A stretch of DNA of 63,229 nt, the filler included, from Craspedostauros australis (taxonomy: Eukaryota): assembly GCA_030167865.1 (NCBI GenBank). It is 13 parts of 13 records of this genome, joined end to end, with 100 filler letters (N's around TTAATTAATTAA, not from the genome) between each part and the next. Parts side by side here need not be neighbours in the genome. Positions count along the whole stretch, not along the records: positions 56,196 to 58,162 come from JALAGF010005234.1; positions 58,263 to 60,389 come from JALAGF010005235.1; positions 60,490 to 61,980 come from JALAGF010005237.1; positions 62,081 to 63,229 come from JALAGF010005239.1; 9 more parts are not named here. One strand, given 5' to 3'. The notes under the pieces were generated by a model that was given only the letters and a program-made list of their open reading frames with translations, searched no databases and was not told where the DNA came from. This document shows positions 56,196-63,229 of this stretch, piece after piece (positions within the stretch are counted from its first letter, which is position 1; every line of letters starts with the position of its first letter). A program made the position numbers and the translations under genes.

Positions 56196-58162
56196 CAACT
56201 CGGTTCGGATCCATGCGCAACGCCTCGATTCTTCCCACCCTCGTCAGACGCAAAAGCGTAACGTCAACAACGCTGCGACGGGGAAAGGAAAGGGTGGTTC
56301 TTCGGGCAAGTCTCCTGCCAAAGGCAATGGCAAGACTTACACCAACGACAAGCGCGGCCGTATTCCGAATGAGGAATGGGCCACCATGTCTTGGGCCCAG
56401 AAGAAGGACTACATGCACAACAACCCCTCCCGTAGTGCTGGCAAGNNNNNNNNNNNNNNNNNNNNNNNNNNNNNNNNNNNNNNNNNNNNNNNNNNNNNNN
56501 NNNNNNNNNNNNNNNNNNNNNNNNNNNNNNNNNNNNNNNNNNNNNNNNNNNNNNNNNNNNNNNNNNNNNNNNNNNNNCGGTCCTCCGGGATCTGCTATCA
56601 ACCGCATGCTCGCGCAGGCTCGTCAGTCTGGTCAATCGACCGCTGATTTCGTCGATTCTGAGGGCGGGGCGTGGCGACGGGTGAATTCTACCGTGGTCCG
56701 ATACAACTTCGAGACCTCGGTGGAGACGACGACGGGTGCGCTCGTCGACAGTGGCGCCAATGGCGGCCTCGCTGGCGACGACGTGCTAGTTCTNNNNNNN
56801 NNNNNNNNNNNNNNNNNNNNNNNNNNNNNNNNNNNNNNNNNNNNNNNNNNNNNNNNNNNNNNNNNNNNCGCGGCCCTGCTTCACACGAGCAGCGGCCCGA
56901 TCATCGCCAAGTTCCATCAGTACGCTCTGTACGGGAAGGGCAAGTCCATCCACTCCACCAACCAACTCTCTGCGTTCGGTATGGATGTGAATGAACGCCC
57001 GCGTGGTCTCCCTGGTGGTCGGCAAACTGTCGTCACACCTGAGGGGCACGTCATCCCGCTATCCATTCGTGCTGGCCTGTCCTACATGGATATGCGCCCG
57101 CCAACTCCTGCTGAGATGGATCGGTACCCTCATGTGGACTTCACGTCCGATGATGTCTGGGACCCTTCCATTCTCGATCAGGAGTTTGGCCTTGATGATG
57201 TCCGCGCTCTCGCGGACGATGATGATGATGGTTCCGCGTTCGCCGACCTCGATCGCCTGCATGTATATGCGGCGTCGACGGATGAGGCGCGCGGTACTGT
57301 ACCGCATTCCGGGTCCGCAGGCAACTCCGGTTCCGTTCGTGTTCGCAGCTCGCCTATCGACTATGAGGCACTGCGTCCGCACTTCGGCTGGGTCCCTGCT
57401 CGTCGGATCAAGGACACTCTCGGTTGCACTTCCCAGTGGTACCGCACTTCGGAACGATTCGCGATGCGCAAGCATTTNCGCACTCGTTTTCCGGCGGCCA
57501 ACGTCGATCGTCTACACGAGACGGTCGCGATGGACACTTTCTTCTCTGATACACCCGCTCATGATGACGGTGTCCCTGGCCATGGTGGCTGCACCATGAT
57601 TCAGGTGTTCGTTGCGCTCGACTCTCGGTACACATCGGGATTCCCGATGGCGTCCGAGCGGCAGGTCGCGGACTCCTTGCTCGACNNNNNNNNNNNNNNN
57701 NNNNNNNNNNNNNNNNNNNNNNNNNNNNNNNNNNNACTGCGTCCGCACTTCGGCTGGATCCCTGCTCGTCGGATCAAGGACACTCTCGGTTGCACTTCCC
57801 AGTGGTACCGCACTTCGGAGCGATTCGCGATGCGCAAGCATTTCCGCACTCGTTTTCCGGCGGCCAACGTCGATCGTCTACACGAGACGGTCGCGATGGA
57901 CACTTTCTTCTCTGATACACCCGCTCATGATGACGGTGTCCCTGGCCATGGTGGCTGCACCATGATCCAGGTGTTCGTTGCGCTCGACTCTCGGTACACA
58001 TCGGGATTCCCGATGGCGTCCGAGCGGCAGGTCGCGGATTCCGTGCTCGACTTCATCCGTCGGCATGGTGCGCCCGACTTGCTAATGTCGGACAACGCGA
58101 AATCAGAGGTGGGATTCAAAGTGCAAGACATCCTGCGTCAATACGCAATCAAGGATCACCAG
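56196..58162 (+). mobile_element. CoDi-type (diatom-specific Copia) polyprotein fragment: protease + integrase
   Basis: ALVDSGANGGLAGDD (protease), LRPHFGWVP, RFPAANVDRLHETVAMDTFFSDTPAHDDG, FIRRHGAPDLLMSDNAKSE (integrase). Segment duplicated across the gap. Confidence 0.9.
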
Positions 58163-58262
58163 NNNNNNNNNNNNNNNNNNNNNNNNNNNNNNNNNNNNNN
58201 NNNNNNTTAATTAATTAANNNNNNNNNNNNNNNNNNNNNNNNNNNNNNNNNNNNNNNNNNNN

Positions 58263-60389
58263 GATCAGGGTCCAGTAGCGTTTATCTCCGAAGCTTATGT
58301 GTTTAGTGTAACTAATGTCAATGAAGAGCCGTTCGCCATGGCGAGTCGCTCTCGGAATGGTTGCCTTCGGAATGTTTTTCACTCTTGCGTTCGCGACCGC
58401 GCAGTCGCGACATACCGGCATCTCGCCGATAATCTTCCATCCGTATTTGGCAGCTGTTCGCTTCATGGTTTCGNNNNNNNNNNNNNNNNNNNNNNNNNNN
58501 NNNNNNNNNNNNNNNNNNNNNNNNNNNNNNNNNNNNNNNNNNGCAAGCCTTGTCGTCGTTCGTTGGCATGATGGGATGCATCTGCACTCCCGTGATGAAT
58601 CCGTTGGATGTGGGGAAGACTCGGTCAAATACGATCTTCGTTCTGGATCCGTTGATGATGTCCATCAGAATGCCGTTGCTACCAAGCTGGTAACCGTTGT
58701 ACAGAGCCTTGTTCGTGGAGAAAAGGTTCACCGCCATCTTGGGTGTGTACTTCACGTCATCGAGCCGGATGATGTGGCCAGTGTTGTCTCGTTGCTTGAC
58801 CTTCAAGCGAATGGATCCCATTTTGGGAGANNNNNNNNNNNNNNNNNNNNNNNNNNNNNNNNNNNNNNNNNNNNNNNNNNNNTTGAAGAGAGCGGCGTCT
58901 GAATTGACGATGTGACACGAAGCTCCACTGTCGGCGAGCCAGGTGTCCTTGTTGACCTTGTCCTTGTGCTTGGTGCTCAGCTCGTGGAGCTGCTCCACGG
59001 CTGCTGCAGCTGTATCGGTCATGAAGTTGTCTTCGTCTTTTTCGTCGACGTGGACTCCATGTTCGTTCCATGGATTCGCGTGATGTCCGTCGTCGCTCTC
59101 ATCGGATAGCTGCGCGTAGTCCGATGGAATCGTGTTACTTCGGTGTGATCCTATGGCTGGATCGTATGAGTGCACGCGTGATCGCTCTCGCAAGAGTACA
59201 CGCATACATCCTCCAAGGATGTAGTGCAGATCCGTCTCTGGGATCGTCTCTGTGTTCTCCGCTTCCAGTATGCGGTTGACGACGATCGCATTGGCGAGAA
59301 TGTCTTCGATTGACTCGAAGTTCCCGGATAGGATGGATCCCATCATGTTCACCCATATTGGTCTGAGCACTCCTCGTGCAGTCCCTGCGAACAGTCGCAT
59401 CCCCGCTTCCATTACTGCGTCAAAGATGAGCTGCTTTTGGATTATCAATGCTGTTGCTGTTGCGTTTGGAGTAACGCTGTGACGGAGGAGATAGTCGACA
59501 CTGTTGGGATCCTCAATATCTGGGAAGTCGATATTCGCTGGATAGACGACACGCTCGTTTGGATTGAAGCTGTCGTCTGGATGATCCTCGGTTTCGTTGC
59601 TGTCATCTTCGTCGAAGATGCCCGATCTGTTGTTCCCCGCCGCTGGAGGAGGCGGCGCCGCGCCGCGGCTCGTTTCGCCTTGATTGATGAAGGTTCCCGT
59701 TCTCTCGTATCTCCCAGCTTGAGGAGGAGGCAACTCGTCGCGGTTCGCCTCGTNNNNNNNNNNNNNNNNNNNNNNNNNNNNNNNNNNNNNNNNNNNNNNN
59801 NNNNNNNNNNNNNNNNNNNNNNNNNNNNNNNNNNNNNNNNNNNNNNNNNNNNNNNNNNNNNNNNNNNNNNNNNNNNNNNNNNNNNNNNNNNNNNNNNGCG
59901 TCTTGGATCCACCTCGTGGATGATTGGCTCCTCGCTGAGCCACTCCGGGATGATCTCATCATCCTGTACTTCGTCGTCACTTCCGACGCACTCGAAGTTA
60001 TCGAAGAAGGAGTCTTCAATGTAGTCGTTGGACACCAACATGCAGAGCGGCATGTCCTTCGCAGAGAGTACCATCTCGTGTCCGCTCTTGTCGTGTCCTT
60101 GTGTTGCTGTGTTGNNNNNNNNNNNNNNNNNNNNNNNNTCGTTGAACTTCTTCTTTCGGCACTCCGCCTCGCGATGTCCGAAGATGCCGCAGTAGTTGCA
60201 CTTGCCCTTGAAGCCGCTTCCCTTGTTGCGCTTTCCGTTCATTTTGTTGTTGTTGTTGTTGTTGTTTTTCTTGTTGTTTGATTTCTTGCGTTCTGGGCAA
60301 TCGGTGGATCTATGACCATACACGCCACAGTTGTGACAAGTACCCTTGAAGTTACCGGTGCTTGTGAAGCCGGTGTCGTTGCTCTTCGT
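58263..60389 (-). mobile_element. Copia gag-pol fragment: two CCHC knuckles, long spacer domain, protease, pre-integrase
   Basis: CHNCGVYGHRSTDC and CNYCGIFGHREAEC; WLADSGASCHIVN; CRDCAVAN...GERLFIDIS...YWTLI. Confidence 0.9.
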
Positions 60390-60519
60390 NNNNNNNNNNN
60401 NNNNNNNNNNNNNNNNNNNNNNNNNNNNNNNNNTTAATTAATTAANNNNNNNNNNNNNNNNNNNNNNNNNNNNNNNNNNNNNNNNNNNNGTATCAATCGG
60501 AAGGGTGTTCTGCACTTAC

Positions 60520-60716
60520 CACGCCTTTGTATCCCTTCTGAACTTCATCCATCAGAAGCCAAATCCACTTCTTTAGCGTTTTGGGGTCTGCAGACATCTT
60601 CGATGACAGCGCAAGAACACAATCGTAGTGTTGCAAGAAGTACAAGGTCCAATACAAATGCTTGGGATGACATTTTGGTACACCACGAGCATAGCTCCAC
60701 ATAACTAGGCACATGC
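60520..60716 (-). mobile_element. N-terminal HTH exon of a Harbinger/DDE_4-type transposase
   Basis: PKHLYWTLYFLQHY...ADPKTLKKWIW, followed by a GTAAGT donor; typical of diatom DDE_Tnp_4 genes. Confidence 0.55.
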
Positions 60717-62080
60717 NNNNNNNNNNNNNNNNNNNNNNNNNNNNNNNNNNNNNNNNNNNNNNNNNNNNNNNNNNNNNNNNNNNNNNNNNNNNNNNNNNNN
60801 NNNNNNNNNNNNNNNNNNNNNNNNNNNNNNNNNNNNNNNNNNNNNNNNNNNNNNNNNNNNNNNNNNNNNNNNNNNNNNNNNNNNNNNNNNNNNNNNNNNN
60901 NNNNNNNNNNTGTGAGGTTGTGTTTCAGGTCGCTGCGCTTTGTCTCGGTCCGTCAAGCTCTGCGCACCACAACATGTCACCACACAAACAAACATCCATC
61001 ACAAAACTCACCATGATGCTTGTTGCAAGCGATGTTGCTTTTCGTTTGTTCGATCAGTTGGTCTGCAGCTCGTTGCTGCAACTGCACTGCTGTTGCCTCC
61101 TCCTTTTACTGTTGTTGTTGTTTATACTGATNNNNNNNNNNNNNNNNNNNNNNNNNNNNNNNNNNNNNNNNNNNNNNNNNNTCCTTTTACTGTTGTTGTT
61201 GTTTATACTGATGCTACTGATGGAGTTGATATCACTGCGGACGGTACTGTGATGTTGTTGTTATCCAACTGTTGTGACAATGATGCAATGAGCACGGTCA
61301 ACACCGATGCTGCTGTTGGAGTGTGCTTGTGATTGATGTTGTTGCAAGCTTGCCTGGTGACCCACTGTGCTTGTACGTATTGTGGATCTGGCTGCTGCTG
61401 ACGTGATACAGTTGCAAACGATGGTTGCCGCGTTGTCATCGCTTTCGCTCTGTTGGCTCAGATCAGTTGATTGGCCGAGTAGCTCACGATCATCACATGT
61501 GACTACGAGTACTCGCTGTATTCTACTCTGATCTGCGATACCGTATTGGCGAGCCAACATCGCTGGGCTAGAGCACAGCATACATTCAGGGATAACTACC
61601 ATGTCGCCACATGCGGCAGCACACAACAACGAACAGCTGCGACTGTACCGAACAAGCACTCTCCTCTTGCCATGCCTGTCCACACGAATTCGCAGCCTCC
61701 CACGGACAGTTGCAACTACTATTATTCAAATTGAAACATAATACAACATACATACATGCAGAAGAGCATTCGTACAAGTTATGTTGTTGCAAGCATGCTT
61801 GTGTGCCATGTCTCGCGGTGTGTGGGATGTCCCGCATTGTGCTGTACTGATGGTTCAGCTGGATTGTGCTTTGCGCAGCATCGGGTGTTGCGAGCAGTGG
61901 GTTTTCGGGTGGGCCACATCAAAATGTGGCGTGGATTTGTTGTTGTTTGTGATTTGATGGATTTGTCTCACATGGACAACNNNNNNNNNNNNNNNNNNNN
62001 NNNNNNNNNNNNNNNNNNNNNNNNTTAATTAATTAANNNNNNNNNNNNNNNNNNNNNNNNNNNNNNNNNNNNNNNNNNNN

Positions 62081-63229
62081 GCTCGGATCATTCACTGAAC
62101 GTGCTTTTGATCCATTGACAGCTGCAAACGGAACAGGGCGCTACAGGGAGGGGATTCACATGTTCGTGGTCCTGGATGCAAAGGTGGATCCGGATTCTGT
62201 GGCGCTGTCTACGGAGGATGAAGGATGGACACTGAAGCTGACCTACAAAGTGCCAAAGATGTACTTCACAGCAGAGTGCATCTACGGAGTCNNNNNNNNN
62301 NNNNNNNNNNNNNNNNNNNNNNNNNNNNNNNNNNNNNNNNNGCCTCGTCGTGGAGTTCAAGGCCCTCGTGGACCCCCTGTCCGAGACGTGAGCAAACCAA
62401 CACCTCCTCCTGCCCCCAAGCGCGATGCCACACCCAACGACAAGACCATTGTGGATGCCATGGGCAAGATGGGAATCCGGAGTGCAGATCGCGCCATGAG
62501 CCCTGCACTGGACATGGTCAAGCTCGGATCATTCACTGAACGTGCTTTCGATCCTTTGACAGCTGCAAACGGAACTGGGCGCTACTGTGAGGGGATTCAC
62601 ATGTTTGTGGTCCTGGACGCAAAGGTGGATCCGGATTCTGTGGCGCTGTCTACGGAGGATGAAGGGTGGACATTGAAGCTGACATACAAAGTACCAAAGA
62701 TGTACTTCACAGCAGAGTGCATCTACGGAGTCTACAGGTATGACAAAGGGTTTTCTACAAGCCTTGCGGAGGCTAAAAATATTTCCAGGATCTCGCTCGG
62801 AAGGTCACCGACGATGCAGGCGTGCTTGTTGTCAGCTGCCAGTTCAGCCTCCCAAGGAAGATTGACAGCCTCTTCCGCAACGTCAAGACCAAGGACCTCG
62901 AGGAACCCAACTTCGAGATCGTGGAGAACTACCTCGGAACCACCACGCTGGTGACTTTCTGCTTTTTCCAAGAGAGCTTCAATCAGCAGCAGTTCGGGAC
63001 GGCTGGTCGTCGTGGCGTCCAAGGCTTGGATGGGATGGTGTACTCCTTCAATCCCACCATGCCTGCGCCCGCCATCCCGACCGCGCAAGGATTCAGCTCC
63101 CACCCCTTTGGCCATCCTTCCCCAGCCCAGCCAGGTGGCGCCAGTGGCAACCATCATCCTGCTTCATTCGGATCTCCAATTCCCAATGCTGGTGCCGGGT
63201 TTGCCAGCCCTCCTGCAACCAATCAGAAT
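62081..63229 (+). pseudogene. Unidentified protein with repeated domain and a frameshift near 62780, Pro-rich C-terminal part (partial)
   Basis: ORF 62115..62954 continues in another frame (FQDLARKVTDDAGVLVV...PAPAIPTAQG...) that is open to the window end. Confidence 0.35.

Noticed and set aside
8469..62036. Recurrent TTAATTAATTAA motif (12 copies) resembling piggyBac targets or a regular repeat array
   Set aside because: Always embedded in N runs; it is a synthetic six-frame-stop linker used to concatenate scaffolds.

Overview
Eukaryotic DNA, almost certainly from a diatom: there are bipartite signal+ASAF-type plastid presequences, short GT-AG introns, CoDi-type Copia and Ambal-type LINE elements. 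The window is a concatenation of 13 scaffolds joined by artificial N-TTAATTAATTAA-N linkers, so adjacency across linkers is not biological. Scaffold 1 (1-8424) holds a decayed prolyl oligopeptidase fragment and a long APE-RT LINE interrupted by an LTR. Scaffold 2 (8525-39066) is gene-rich: plastid delta-12 desaturase (FAD6-type), a plastid PDS/amine-oxidase-family flavoprotein, an ABCG half-transporter, an FMO-DUF6314 fusion, a biotin ligase, CDC23/APC8, two tandem cytochrome P450s (the first frameshifted just after its ATG), a PCIF1/CAPAM-like cap methyltransferase, an LRR protein, a CreA-family protein with an apparent thylakoid-lumen presequence, and a CinA/PncC-NudC fusion. The remaining small scaffolds (39167-63229) are mostly TE debris: Copia/CoDi, piggyBac-like elements flanked by ATAG rather than TTAA, and mariner-like and Harbinger-like fragments. 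The most notable items are the CinA(PncC)-NudC fusion, the ATAG-flanked piggyBac-like family, an accessory domain shared by two Copia polyproteins, and the lumen-targeted CreA. All calls come from motif recognition by eye; no searches were run.
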